Numbered from the stretch's first letter, positions 43,246-53,461 are shown. The stretch is DNA of 64,000 nt from Ignavibacteria bacterium (GCA_016720835.1 JADKJW010000009.1:99496-163495), one strand, 5' to 3'. Program-made: numbers and translations. Notes: generated by a model not told the origin, from the letters alone.

Positions 43246-44743
43246 CCGGCGTTGCGAGTTCCATGATGTTCTCCTGTGTCGCTTTCTCGCGTTCGAGGAT
43301 GCCGGTCATGCGCCCGTGGCACATCACGCCGATGCGGTCGCACATGCCGAGCAGTTCCGGAAGGTCGGAGGAGAGGAGGACCACCGCCTTCCCTTCCTTC
43401 GCGAGACGCACGATGTGCGTGTAGATCTCGAATTTCGCGCCGACGTCCACTCCGGCGGTCGGTTCGTTGAAGACGAGCACTTTCGCGCCCGTGTTGAGCC
43501 AGCGCGCGAGAATCACCTTCTGCCGGTTGCCGCCGCTGAGCGCGGCCACTGAAGTATCGGATGAAGGAGTCTTGATCTTGAGCAGCGCGGTGTATGCCTC
43601 TGCGGTGCGCTGCTCCATCGCGCGATTGACGAAGCCGCGCCTCCGGTGCGCGCCAAGACTGCTGAGCGTGATGTTCTCCGCCACGCTCATGTTCATCAGC
43701 AATCCGAGGGCATTGCGGTCCTCGGTCAGCAGCGCCACACCTTTCGCGATCGCATCCGCCGGAGAGGAGAATTCCGCGGCGGTCCCGTCGATGTACAAGG
43801 CGCCTCCGGTGCTGCGCTGCTCGCCGAACAGCGCGCGGGAGAGTTCCACCTTGCCCGAACCGATCAGCCCGGCAATGCCGAAGATTTCGCCTGCATGGAC
43901 GGCGAACGACACGTTGTGAACGTCGCGCGTGGACAGATCGCGCAGTTCCAGAAGCGGCGCGCCCCGCTCCGCGTCTTCCTTCGGATACTCCTTGTCGAGG
44001 TCGCGGCCGACCATCATGCGGATCAGCGCGGCGCGGTCCACGTCGGCCACATCGCGGGTGCCGACGGCTTCCCCGTCCCGCAGCACCGTGACGCGATCGC
44101 CGATCTCGAAGATCTCCTCGAGGCGGTGGGAGATGTAGATGATGCCCGTGCCTTTCGCCTGCACGCCGCGAATGAGCGCGAAGAGGCGGAGCTTCTCACG
44201 CTCCGTCAACGCGGCGGTCGGCTCGTCGAGCACCAGCACGCGCAGATCGCGGGCGAAGGCCTTGGCGATCTCGACGATCTGCTGCTGCGCGCTGTCGAGG
44301 TCGCGCGCGCGCGCCGTCACGGGGATGTCCTCGCCGAGATCGGACAGCACTTTTTCTGCGATGCGCCGCACGGCCGCGCGGTCGATGAGCACGCCGCCCG
44401 CGCTCCGCGGTTCGCGGCCGAGCGCGATGTTCTCCGCGACGGTCAGTTCCGGCACGAGCCGGGATTCCTGGTAGATCATGCCGATGCCGCGCCGCAGGGC
44501 GTCGATCGGCGAGGCGATGTCCGTGCTTCTCCCTTCGACGAAGATGTCCCCGGCCGTGCGTCGCACGGCGCCCGCGAGGATGCCCGTCAGCGTGGATTTG
44601 CCGGCGCCGTTCTCCCCCACGAGGCAGTGCACTTCACCCGAGCGCACATCGAAGGAAACACCGCGCAGGGCCGTGACGCCCGGGTACTCCTTCACGATAC
44701 CGCACATCTCGAGCAACGAACGGGAGTCGGGGTCGGGAATCAC
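43217..44743 (-). CDS. Sugar ABC transporter ATP-binding protein with two ABC domains (RbsA-like)
   Basis: LLEMCGIVKEYPGVTALRGVSFDVRSGEVHCLVGENGAGKSTL, then a second ABC domain ending LSGGNRQKVILARWL...LVFNEPTAGVDVGAK. GTG start. Confidence 0.9.
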   Translation of the reverse strand: MIPDPDSRSLLEMCGIVKEYPGVTALRGVSFDVRSGEVHCLVGENGAGKSTLTGILAGAVRRTAGDIFVEGRSTDIASPIDALRRGIGMIYQESRLVPELTVAENIALGREPRSAGGVLIDRAAVRRIAEKVLSDLGEDIPVTARARDLDSAQQQIVEIAKAFARDLRVLVLDEPTAALTEREKLRLFALIRGVQAKGTGIIYISHRLEEIFEIGDRVTVLRDGEAVGTRDVADVDRAALIRMMVGRDLDKEYPKEDAERGAPLLELRDLSTRDVHNVSFAVHAGEIFGIAGLIGSGKVELSRALFGEQRSTGGALYIDGTAAEFSSPADAIAKGVALLTEDRNALGLLMNMSVAENITLSSLGAHRRRGFVNRAMEQRTAEAYTALLKIKTPSSDTSVAALSGGNRQKVILARWLNTGAKVLVFNEPTAGVDVGAKFEIYTHIVRLAKEGKAVVLLSSDLPELLGMCDRIGVMCHGRMTGILEREKATQENIMELATPDDTGARHGN

Positions 44744-44754
44744 GGGGTTGGTTT

Positions 44755-44810
44755 GGGACAGGTGACAGGTGACAGGTGGAAGGGTGCAGGGGACAGGTGG
44801 AAGAGGGTAG
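44755..44810 (+). repeat. Micro-repeat tract T4 (GGTGACA/GGTGGAA heptamers)
   Basis: gggaca ggtgaca ggtgaca ggtggaa gggtgca ggggaca ggtggaa gaggg, lying between the SBP stop and the ATPase start. Confidence 0.85.
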
Positions 44811-44861
44811 ATTCCAGATGTCAGATTTCAGATGAATACGTCGCGTGGAGCACGGATGCCG

Positions 44862-45782
44862 TCAGATGGCGCTGAGTTTGGCCTGATCGACAATGCCGAC
44901 TTCCACCGGGAAGACCTTGGGGACGGGCTGGCCGGCGAAATGCGCGCGGATCATGTCGATGGTGGACGAGCCGATCTTCTTCGGGTACTGCACGACGTCG
45001 GCCTTGAGCGCCGAGCCGCGCTTGATGGCGTCCGCCGCTGGCGGTGTGGCGTCGTACCCGATGATGACGGGAGGCTTGTCGCGCTTGAACTGCTCGCAGG
45101 CGTCGAGCGTGCCGAGGGCGGAATCGTCGTTGATGCCGAAGACGCCGGCGAGATCCTGATGCGCCTGCAAAACGTCCGCAGCGGCCTGCAGCGCGCGGTC
45201 GCGCACGCCCTGCCCGTTCACATCAGCCACGATGGTGATTCCCGGGAACTTCGAGAGCGCATCGCGGAAGCCCTGCACGCGGTCGAGCACGGAGGTGACC
45301 ACGGGCTGGTTGATGATCGCGACCTTGCCCGCGCCGTTCAGGAGCTTCGCCATGTACTCGCCCGCGAGTCGGCCGCCCGCGATGTTATCGGACGCGATGT
45401 GACAGACGACGGGCGCGTTCTCCGCGGCGATGTCGGCGGTGAACACGGGGATCCCGGCCTGCGAGGCGGTCAACACGCCCGGACCGACGCCGCGCGAATC
45501 CACGGGACAGAGGATGATGGCATCCACTTTCCGCGCCACGAAGTCCTCGATCTGCGAGATCTGCTTGCCGAGATCGAAGTCCGCCGAGGTCACGATCAGC
45601 TCGTACCCCTCCTTCTTCGCCTGCTCCTGCAAGCCCTCCTCGAGGTCCTTGTAGAAGATGTGCCCGCGATTCAGAAGCGACACGCCGATGACTTTTGTCG
45701 CGGCGCGCTCCTTCTTCGCGCAGGAACCGAGTGTTGCAAGCGAAAGGAGGACGGCGGCGAGGAGAAGGGTGCGGAGGAGCAT
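44862..45782 (-). CDS. Sugar ABC transporter substrate-binding lipoprotein (RbsB-like, periplasmic binding protein type I)
   Basis: Leader MLLRTLLLAAVLLSLATLGSC|AKK. KVIGVSLLNRGHIFYKDLEEGL...VDAIILCPVDS...AGIPVFTADI fits the pattern. Confidence 0.85.
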   Translation of the reverse strand: MLLRTLLLAAVLLSLATLGSCAKKERAATKVIGVSLLNRGHIFYKDLEEGLQEQAKKEGYELIVTSADFDLGKQISQIEDFVARKVDAIILCPVDSRGVGPGVLTASQAGIPVFTADIAAENAPVVCHIASDNIAGGRLAGEYMAKLLNGAGKVAIINQPVVTSVLDRVQGFRDALSKFPGITIVADVNGQGVRDRALQAAADVLQAHQDLAGVFGINDDSALGTLDACEQFKRDKPPVIIGYDATPPAADAIKRGSALKADVVQYPKKIGSSTIDMIRAHFAGQPVPKVFPVEVGIVDQAKLSAI

Positions 45783-45784
45783 GG

Positions 45785-45900
45785 TGGCAGGGGGAAGGTT
45801 GAATGATGAAGGTTGAATGATCAAGGTTGAAGGTTGAAGGTGAAAAGATGAAAGATGCAGGTGTCAGGTGAAAGAGATGCGGGGAGGGATCAGCAGGTGA
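45785..45900 (+). repeat. Micro-repeat tract T5 (GAAGGTT heptamers and a 14-nt doublet)
   Basis: gaaggttgaatgat gaaggttgaatgat caaggtt gaaggtt gaaggtg aaaagat gaaagat ... caggtgaaagag ... caggtgaaatt, immediately upstream (antisense) of the SBP start. Confidence 0.85.
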
Positions 45901-45969
45901 AATTACTGATTCGTGCCGCGCCTTACAAAGACCACGCTGTGGCTGCACACGCGGAATGGAGCCCTGCCG

Positions 45970-47928
45970 TTACCGGTAAACGATGATGCGCCTTGCGGTG
46001 TGCGCGGAGATGAACAGATACGCGCCAGGCAGCCATGCGGAAGCATCGATGCGCTCGTGGCCGTCAACGGTGCCGCGCCATACCGCCCTGCCAAGCGCAT
46101 CGACGATCGCGGCATCCCCTGTCACTCCCGAGATAACGAGCTGATCGCGCGCTGGATTCGGATAGAGCGAGAAGGCGGCGGCCTGCGGAACGCGCTCGAC
46201 ACCGGTCAGCGCCGGAAGCACGTTCACGCTCTTCATCGCGTCAACGGCAAAGGCGCCGGGAACATCCGACACGAGGGTGACGCGCACGTTGTACAATCCC
46301 GGCTCGATGCCTGCCGTGTTCCACTGGATGAGCGGCGCATTCCGCACTTCGATGAATGCGGTATCCCCGATGAGCGTCCAACGCGTCTCTCCCGCCTTCT
46401 GATACGACACCGCGTACTTCTTGAAGTCGAACAGCACGCTCTGCGGCCCGCGGTCAATCCACGCGGATCCCGGCAGCGGGACGAAGTCCCCGACGTGCAG
46501 TGAGACGGGCGGCGCGATCTCCGCTTTCCATGCGATGGCGCCCTCCAGGGCGACCGGATCGTCGATCATGCCGGACTGCGCGCAGATGAGGATCGAATTG
46601 CCGATCGCCACGGCGCTGCCATTCGTCAATGCGGAGTACGCGAAGATCAGGATGCCGTTGCGCTCGCTGCGCACATTGCACGTCGCGGAGGAAAACCCGT
46701 ACAGAACCGTCGACGTGTCGGATGCGAACAGGTAGCCGCCCGTTCCATCCACCATCGTGTTGGCGCAGGTGACGCGTGATCTGCCGAACGCGCCGATCTC
46801 GCCGAGAATGCAGGCTTTCACATCGACGACGGACGCATGGAACGAGTACAGGCTCCAGGTCTGCACGAAGGTGTTATCGAGCACGAGGCTCCTGTCCGTC
46901 AACGGCGCGGTGAACTGCGTGTGCGCGAGGTTGTTCACCAGTCCCGACACGGCGACGCTGTCCGGCGCCGTGAACCAGAGGCCGATCGCGCGCATTCTCG
47001 AGTTCCGTATCCGTATATCCGAACCCGGTTTCGGCATGAGTCCCCAGAGCACGTTGCCGCATTGCTCGAGGTTCACGTCGAAGCGGATTCCGCTCGTTCC
47101 CGCCGTGTTCCTGTTCAGCGTGAAACGATCGACCAGGGCGCCGTCGGGAAAGGCGCCATCCAGCGCGGCGCCGGCCTCGATCACCGGCCAGAGCAGCACC
47201 GTGTGCGCATTCCGGAAATCGAGCGTCACGCTGTCCTGCAGAATGAACTCCCCCGTCTCGTTGCAGCTGTCCACCCGCAGCCGCGCCCTGCCGCTGAGTC
47301 CGCAGGTGGTGAAGCCGCGGTTGGTGACCGTGCGGTACTCCACCGCCGCGGAGTCGGTGACGGCGAGATTATGCGGGAGTCCCCCGTAATCGAGGGTCGT
47401 CTGCTCGAACAGCACGCTCGAGCCTCCCGCGGCGATCAGGCTCCGCTGATAGAAGTATTCCTGAGGGAACACCAGCGTCGAATGCCGCGCGACCAGCGCC
47501 GCGCGCCCGCCCCACACGACGATGTTCCCCGTGATCACGGCCCGGGCGCTGTCGAACACGAGACGCCCGTCCCCGAGGACGAGGATGGGGCCCGCGTGCG
47601 ACCAGGCGCCGCTGATGCGCAACGTGTCGGGGCCGGGTCCGACGACAAGCGTGTCGCCGGGCGCGGAGAGTCTGCGCGGGGAATTCGCGGGGTTCCCCGG
47701 TATTGTGAGATGACTCCGCATCAGGGCCTGCATTGCGCTGAAACCGGACGCGGAAGGCCGCTCCCGCTCCGGGACGCCGGGGTTCCGCATGACCGAAGCG
47801 TCCATGCGAAGAGTTTCCACCGCGGCGGCGATCCCGGCGGGCGTTGTCAGACGGGTGGCGGGCTGTGACTGCGCGCCTGCGACACAGACGAAAAGCAGGC
47901 AGACCACAGCCGGAAATGTCCTGATCAT
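45970..47928 (-). CDS. Secreted right-handed beta-helix-like protein with T9SS sorting domain
   Basis: Signal MIRTFPAVVCLLFVCVAGAQS. Repetitive short beta-strand segments. C-terminus FSLYPNPARDQLVISGVTGDAAIVDALGRAVW...GAYLFISAHTARRIIVYR. Confidence 0.75.
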   Translation of the reverse strand: MIRTFPAVVCLLFVCVAGAQSQPATRLTTPAGIAAAVETLRMDASVMRNPGVPERERPSASGFSAMQALMRSHLTIPGNPANSPRRLSAPGDTLVVGPGPDTLRISGAWSHAGPILVLGDGRLVFDSARAVITGNIVVWGGRAALVARHSTLVFPQEYFYQRSLIAAGGSSVLFEQTTLDYGGLPHNLAVTDSAAVEYRTVTNRGFTTCGLSGRARLRVDSCNETGEFILQDSVTLDFRNAHTVLLWPVIEAGAALDGAFPDGALVDRFTLNRNTAGTSGIRFDVNLEQCGNVLWGLMPKPGSDIRIRNSRMRAIGLWFTAPDSVAVSGLVNNLAHTQFTAPLTDRSLVLDNTFVQTWSLYSFHASVVDVKACILGEIGAFGRSRVTCANTMVDGTGGYLFASDTSTVLYGFSSATCNVRSERNGILIFAYSALTNGSAVAIGNSILICAQSGMIDDPVALEGAIAWKAEIAPPVSLHVGDFVPLPGSAWIDRGPQSVLFDFKKYAVSYQKAGETRWTLIGDTAFIEVRNAPLIQWNTAGIEPGLYNVRVTLVSDVPGAFAVDAMKSVNVLPALTGVERVPQAAAFSLYPNPARDQLVISGVTGDAAIVDALGRAVWRGTVDGHERIDASAWLPGAYLFISAHTARRIIVYR

Positions 47929-48022
47929 GATGGCCTCGAAGGGTGAATGACGTCGGGACAAATCAACAGGATTCGCCGCTGGTATCCAAGAGTCCGGACG
48001 CCGCTCCGCGCGGCGGCACGCC

Positions 48023-50005
48023 TCACCCGTCGCTGGCGACGGGTTTGGCGAGCAGGCGGTTCATGACGTCATACAGCTGATTCCTGCTCATGGGTTTCGC
48101 GATGAATTCATTGCATCCCGCCAGCATGCAGGACTCACGGTCGCTCGGGAAGGCGTGCGCGGTCAACGCGACGATCGGAATGTGCTTGAACTGCTCCGAC
48201 TTTCTCAGCTCCTTCGTCAGTTCCACGCCGTTCTTCTTGCCCTTCAGCGAAATGTCCATGATGATGATATCCGCCGTCTTGCGCTTGAGCAGACGCATGG
48301 CCTCCACGGCGGATGCGGCGGTGCGCACGTCATAGTGCGATTCGAGGATGAGTTGCAGGTACTCCACCGTCAGCAGGTCATCCTCCACGACCAGGACGCC
48401 CGGCTTGTCGTCAGACGCACACTTCCCGGTACCGCGGGCGCCGCCTGCCCTGGCATCCGCGGCCTCGGCAACGGGACGCGTGTCGGCCAGGTGGACCACG
48501 AACGACGACCCGACACCCTTCTCGCTCTGCACGGTGACGGTGGCGTTGTGGAAGTCGAGGTAACGCCGCGCGAGCGCAAGGCCCAGACCGATGCCGTCGA
48601 ACGTGCGCGAATGACCGTGTTCCTCCTGCGTGTACGGCTCGAAGAGCCGCGGCAGATACTCGGCGGATATGCCGACACCGGTGTCGCGCACCTCGACGGC
48701 CACATGCTGCTCGGCATCGTAGTGCAGCCGGACGGTGACCGATCCCTGTGTGGTGTATTTCACGGCGTTGTCAACGATGTTGTGCAGAATCTGCCCCAGA
48801 TAGTATTCGTCCGCGACCACTTCCACGTCGCCGATCTCGTTGATGTAGGTCATGGACAGGAGGCGCTGCTGCGCGCTGACCCGGAATTCCGTGACGAGCC
48901 GGTGCGTCAAGGCCGCGAGGTCGACGGGTTGGAGCAGCGGTCGAATGTCGCCCGCCTGCATCCGCGAGAAGTTGAGGATCTCGTCGACGGTGCGGACGAG
49001 GCGCTCGCTGCCGCGCTGGATGCTGTCGAAGAAGCGCTTCTCGCCGGGACGCATCCGGTCCTCGAACACTTCCTGGATGACCTGGGCGTAGCCGTTGATG
49101 GTGTTCAGCGGCGTCCGGATCTCGTGCGAAATGTTCGCGATGAAGGCGTCCTTGACCTGCTCGGATTTTTCCGCGCGTTCCTTCGCGGCAAGCAACTCCA
49201 ACTCGGCCTGTTTGTGGTCGGTGATGTCGTGAGCCACCATCACGGCGGTGCGCACGATGCCGTCCGCGTCATGGATGGGTTCAAAGCTGGCGAGGTACCA
49301 TCGGGATTCGCCCGCGAGCACCGTCTCGCTTTCATCCTTGATGCGGGAGGCGGTCTGGATGCATCGGCGAATCAGGGACGTCTGATACGAGGCGACCGCG
49401 GCGGGAAAAAGCTCGGTCATGTTGCGGCCGATGACGTCCTCCGGTTCCCTCTTCAGGTTTCGCGCGCCAATGGCGTTGATGAACTGGAACGTCCCCGTTG
49501 CGTCGATCACCGCGATCGCATCTCCCGCCGACTCCACCAGCGCCCGGTACTGTTCCTGACTGCTGCGCAGCGCTTCCTGCGTGCGTGTGCGCTCCGTGAT
49601 ATCCTGCAGGGTGACGAAGCTCAGTTCCTCCCCGCCGAAGGAAATGTAGCTCGCATGCGCCTGGAGCAGCTTCAAACTTCCGTCACGCAATCGCACATTC
49701 AGGTCCATCGACAACGCGCCCTTCACGCGGAGCTCCTGCCACAGGCTGATCCACCGCTCGGGAGAGTACTGCGTGTCGATCATGGACACATCGGACGCGA
49801 GCAGTTCGGTTCTCTCCGCGCCGTACAGCGCGCATGCCGCCTCGTTCACGTAGCGGAAGCGCCCGTTCGGTTGTATCCAGACGATCGCCGCTGCCGCGTG
49901 TTCCACGGAGAAGCGCATGAATTCCAGTTCGTCCAGGTCTCGCTGCCTCACGCCGTCCCGGGCCAGAGACACGATGTCGCTCCGTTGGAGATCGTCTGTG
50001 CTCAT
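48023..50005 (-). CDS. Cytoplasmic hybrid sensor histidine kinase (2x PAS, HisKA, HATPase_c, receiver)
   Basis: FIANISHEIRTPLNTINGY (H-box), NAVKYT (N-box), DTGVGI / GIGLGLAL (G-boxes), then VLVVEDD...IIIMDISL...ALTAHA...FIAKP (receiver). Confidence 0.9.
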   Translation of the reverse strand: MSTDDLQRSDIVSLARDGVRQRDLDELEFMRFSVEHAAAAIVWIQPNGRFRYVNEAACALYGAERTELLASDVSMIDTQYSPERWISLWQELRVKGALSMDLNVRLRDGSLKLLQAHASYISFGGEELSFVTLQDITERTRTQEALRSSQEQYRALVESAGDAIAVIDATGTFQFINAIGARNLKREPEDVIGRNMTELFPAAVASYQTSLIRRCIQTASRIKDESETVLAGESRWYLASFEPIHDADGIVRTAVMVAHDITDHKQAELELLAAKERAEKSEQVKDAFIANISHEIRTPLNTINGYAQVIQEVFEDRMRPGEKRFFDSIQRGSERLVRTVDEILNFSRMQAGDIRPLLQPVDLAALTHRLVTEFRVSAQQRLLSMTYINEIGDVEVVADEYYLGQILHNIVDNAVKYTTQGSVTVRLHYDAEQHVAVEVRDTGVGISAEYLPRLFEPYTQEEHGHSRTFDGIGLGLALARRYLDFHNATVTVQSEKGVGSSFVVHLADTRPVAEAADARAGGARGTGKCASDDKPGVLVVEDDLLTVEYLQLILESHYDVRTAASAVEAMRLLKRKTADIIIMDISLKGKKNGVELTKELRKSEQFKHIPIVALTAHAFPSDRESCMLAGCNEFIAKPMSRNQLYDVMNRLLAKPVASDG

Positions 50006-50044
50006 GCATCCCCCTGTAATATGGTCAGCGTCCGAGTGCGTTCG

Positions 50045-51798
50045 TCACTGCGCGTCCTGAAGAGGTCTCAGCGCGAGCTCCTTGAGCGTCTGGAGGAACA
50101 TTTTCGTGTTGATGGGTTTGGTGAAGTAGGCGGTGCAACCCGCCGCGAGGCAACGCTGGCGGTCCTGCTCGGACGCAAACGCGGTCACCGCGATCACCGG
50201 GATGGCGGCATGCGCGCCGCTTTCGCGGATCTGCCGGGTCAACTGGAGGCCGTCGGTATTGCCGCGCAAGGCGATATCCATCAGGACGACCGCGATCGAA
50301 TTCCGCTGCAATTCATCCCACATGTCCGCCGCGCATCGCGCGGCGACGATCCGGTACTGGGTCTTGAGCAACTGCGTCATGTAGATGATCGTCGACGGAT
50401 CGTCTTCGACCAGAAGCACGACGGGGACCCCCGCGTCCTGCTTCGCCGCGCGATCCGGGCTCCGCTCCGGGATGTCCATGGTCAGATTCCGGGTGGCTGC
50501 GCGGACCACGCTGCGCTCGAATTCCCGCTGGGAGGGAACCGCCTGCGTCGTCACCAGCACGGTCGGTTGGGAGCCGTCGCGCGCGCGGATGGGATCGATA
50601 CGGGTCCGGCACCAGACCGGCGAGCCACCGACGATGGCCTCGTGTTCGAGGATGCCGGCGCGATGCTGTCTCAGAGCAAGGGAGATTTCCCGCAGAAGCG
50701 CTCGCGAGAAGTCTTCGGAGAAGACCGTCTGGAGTTTGTGTTCGATGTGTTCCCCGCGCGGAATGGAGAACAGGAAAGCGTGGCGGCATCGTGGTGGAGA
50801 ATCGTCCCGTCGCCGTCGAGGATCAGGATTCCGCGCTCCGCCGGCTGGGAGTGTGCGCCGTCGGAAAGGACGGGCGGTGCGGAGTCCTCGTCGTTCGTGA
50901 GCATCTCCGATGGCCGCATGCGGACCACGGTGTGCGCGATGCCATCGCTCAGGAAGGAGTCCGCGGTGACTGCCGCCGAGACGACGAATCCGTCCCGCCT
51001 TTTCAGCCGCCCGGTGAAGCTGACGGATCCTCCCCGAGGCAACGCGCTCAGTCGATCCAGCCAATCTCCCGCGCCGCCGTCCGCAAGGAGCAGCGGAAGC
51101 GTCATGTTTGTGAGGGTGTCTGGTGAAAAGCCCGTATACACGCCCATCGCGCTGTTCGCGGAGCGCACCGCCATCGTCGTATCCAGCAGAAACATCGGCA
51201 TCGACGAGGCATCAAGCGCGTGCTTCAACAGTCGCAGCCCATGCAGATCGCGAAAGCGCGCGGTGGTCCCCGCGATGATCGATGCGATCAATGCGAGTTC
51301 CGCCTTCTCCTCCCCGCTGTAGGTGTTCGGAGTGTCGGAGTACACGCCGAGCACGCCGAGTGCGCGGCCTTCGATTTCGACAGGAACGGAACAGCCGCAG
51401 ATGATGTCGGCGCGCTGCAGAAGCGTCTCGTCCTTCCCTGTGCGGGAGGACGGCGGGTGTTGCATGTCCACGGGTTTCCGTTCCGCGAGCGTCAGACGCG
51501 ACAGCGAATCCAACTCGGGATCGTCCACGATGCTCCCGAGAAGTCCGTCCTTCCATCCACATCCGGCGCGCAGGACGAACCCGGGTTCCCCGACGCGCGC
51601 TTCCATGTAGGCGGAGTACGCGCTCTGCGTGAGCTCGCCTGCGGTCTTGGTGGCGAGGTGGAGAATGCGGTCGGGATCGGTGCCCGTGAGCGCCGTCTCG
51701 ATCAGGTGCATCATCCGGGTCGGGAACGATTCCCGGAATGTGGTGGCGGGCCCGTCCGGAACGGGATGCTGCGATGCGTGATGCGGTGTGTCAGACAT
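50045..51798 (-). CDS. GAF-PAS-PAS-receiver signalling protein, frameshifted near 50782
   Basis: Track ORF 50671..51798 (GAF-like ...CGCSVPVEIEGRALGVLGVY..., then PAS) and ORF 50045..51064 (…FLFSIPRGEHIEHKLQTVF… PAS remainder, then VVLLVEDD...VLMDIAL...AVTAFA...YFTKP receiver) form one protein if 1 nt is restored. Confidence 0.7.
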
Positions 51799-52417
51799 GA
51801 TGATCCTGTGGCTGTATCTGGTGACAGTCTATCCTGCTGTTCCTGACATCGAGGCCAGTCGCGCGACGAGCGCGCGAAACGGTGACGTCCTTCTTCACCG
51901 CGACAAAATGCGTGATCTGACCCGTCTTGTCAAGTACCGGGGTGATGGTCATTTCCTCGGGGAACGTCGTGCCATCCTTCCTGCGGTTTTCGATTTCACC
52001 TTCCCACACGCTGCTGCCGTCTTTTCGCAGGAATCGTTTCTCCAATTCGGCGCCCGTCCGTTCACCGCGCAGGAAATCGTGCATGGTGGCGCGGTTCTGC
52101 GCGCGGTCGTCGGGATGGGTGAACTCTTCGTAGTTTCGACCGATGAGTTCCTCCTCCCTGTAACCGAGCATGCGGCTGAATGCCTGATTCACGCGAAGAT
52201 ACTTCCCGTCGATGTTCATGATCACCAGTCCGATCGGGGAAGACTCGAAGGCGGTCCTGAAGCGGTTTTCACTGGCGCGCAGTGTTGCGGCCGATCGCTC
52301 GAGTTCGTCCATTTTCACTTCGAGCTGATGCAGGAGCAGGGCGTGCGGATCGAAGGATGTGCCGTCGCGTCCGTGCCCGGATCTCCCGAAGGGATTCTCG
52401 TTTTCTGTTTCTCTCAT
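51791..52417 (-). CDS. PAS-domain protein
   Basis: NRFRTAFESSPIGLVIMNIDGKYLRVNQAFSRMLGYREEELIGRNYEEFTHPDD... and ...ITHFVAVKKDVT. Start ATG 52417 or GTG 52477. 8-nt overlap with the next gene. Confidence 0.7.
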   Translation of the reverse strand: MRETENENPFGRSGHGRDGTSFDPHALLLHQLEVKMDELERSAATLRASENRFRTAFESSPIGLVIMNIDGKYLRVNQAFSRMLGYREEELIGRNYEEFTHPDDRAQNRATMHDFLRGERTGAELEKRFLRKDGSSVWEGEIENRRKDGTTFPEEMTITPVLDKTGQITHFVAVKKDVTVSRARRATGLDVRNSRIDCHQIQPQDHHV

Positions 52418-52681
52418 GACATGCGTCTCGGGTACCTGTCCTTCAATACCGGCATCATTCAGCACGAAAACACGCACTCAAAGCTACGATCCTCTCTGTT
52501 GCGGCACTGTCGGGTTTTCTTGACAGTTGCGCCCGGTTTTTCCACAATCGAACCGGCAGGAGTTTTCCGCCGGGATCGGATGCCTCGTACACGCCATGTG
52601 CCGCAGTCCCGCGGAAACGCCGGAAGGGCGGTGCGGAGCTTCCTCCACATCGCCCTTCCTGCGCAGGTCTTCGACTTCGGA

Positions 52682-53308
52682 TCAGGCCGCGGTCTGCGTC
52701 GCGAGTTTTTTCAGATCCATCGACTCGGCGATCTTCCGGGCCGAGCCTTCGCCGAGTCCGTCCGTTTTGACGACAACGATGAAGCGGTCGCCGACGAGGA
52801 CGGTGATCTCGTTGTTCGCGCCCGCGAGCTCCCATTTTTCAAAGGCAGGAAAATCCGCGAGTTTGACGCTTTTCTCGTATCCCTTCGTGCTTTCGCGCGA
52901 GAATTTCATGTTGAACAGGAGCTGGTACGGCGCGTAGAGAACGCCGATATGCGCGTAGTCGAACACTTCGATGCTGGCGCGCTTGCCGCCGTCGCCGGTG
53001 AATTCGATGTTCGCGCGCGAGAAGTTCCATTCGCCCATCGTCTGCGATTCTCCCTCGGGCTCGCCTGCCTTCAGACCGTCCACCGTCGCGGGAAGGAAGG
53101 TCAGCAGGACCTTGAACGATACGGGCGGGACCGGCTTTTGATCGGCGGTCTTCTCCATCTGCTGCGCCGTCTTCTCCATCGCCTTCCCCGCCTCCGTCAG
53201 CTGCTCGAGCATGCTCTGCTCCTTCTTCTCATCCTTGCCGCCGCAACCGTTCAACCCGACAACTGCAGCGAGGAGCACTGCGCAAACGAAACCTCTGAAT
53301 ACGGTCAT
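52682..53308 (-). CDS. Hypothetical lipoprotein
   Basis: AGGAGG RBS. Leader MTVFRGFVCAVLLAAVVGLNGC|GGK. The upstream 269 codons of track ORF 52682..54115 are antisense to the GH5 gene and are rejected. Confidence 0.7.
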   Translation of the reverse strand: MTVFRGFVCAVLLAAVVGLNGCGGKDEKKEQSMLEQLTEAGKAMEKTAQQMEKTADQKPVPPVSFKVLLTFLPATVDGLKAGEPEGESQTMGEWNFSRANIEFTGDGGKRASIEVFDYAHIGVLYAPYQLLFNMKFSRESTKGYEKSVKLADFPAFEKWELAGANNEITVLVGDRFIVVVKTDGLGEGSARKIAESMDLKKLATQTAA

Positions 53309-53461
53309 GGGACCCTCCTTGGAGATGGTGTGCCGAAATCGGTGACATGCTGATATATGAGCGGAAATATTAGCATCCACAGTTTCAGAAGCAACCGCCG
53401 CGTCCGCTGCAACGAAACTGCACGCTCCAGTGTTCTCATGGATAATCCCAAAGGACATCCC

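Noticed and set aside
52553-52573. Imperfect hairpin CCGGC(A)GG-agtttt-CCGCCGG downstream of the 52682 lipoprotein gene, considered as a terminator.
   Set aside because: It has a bulged stem and only a weak T-containing tail on the minus strand. Confidence is too low to list it as a feature.
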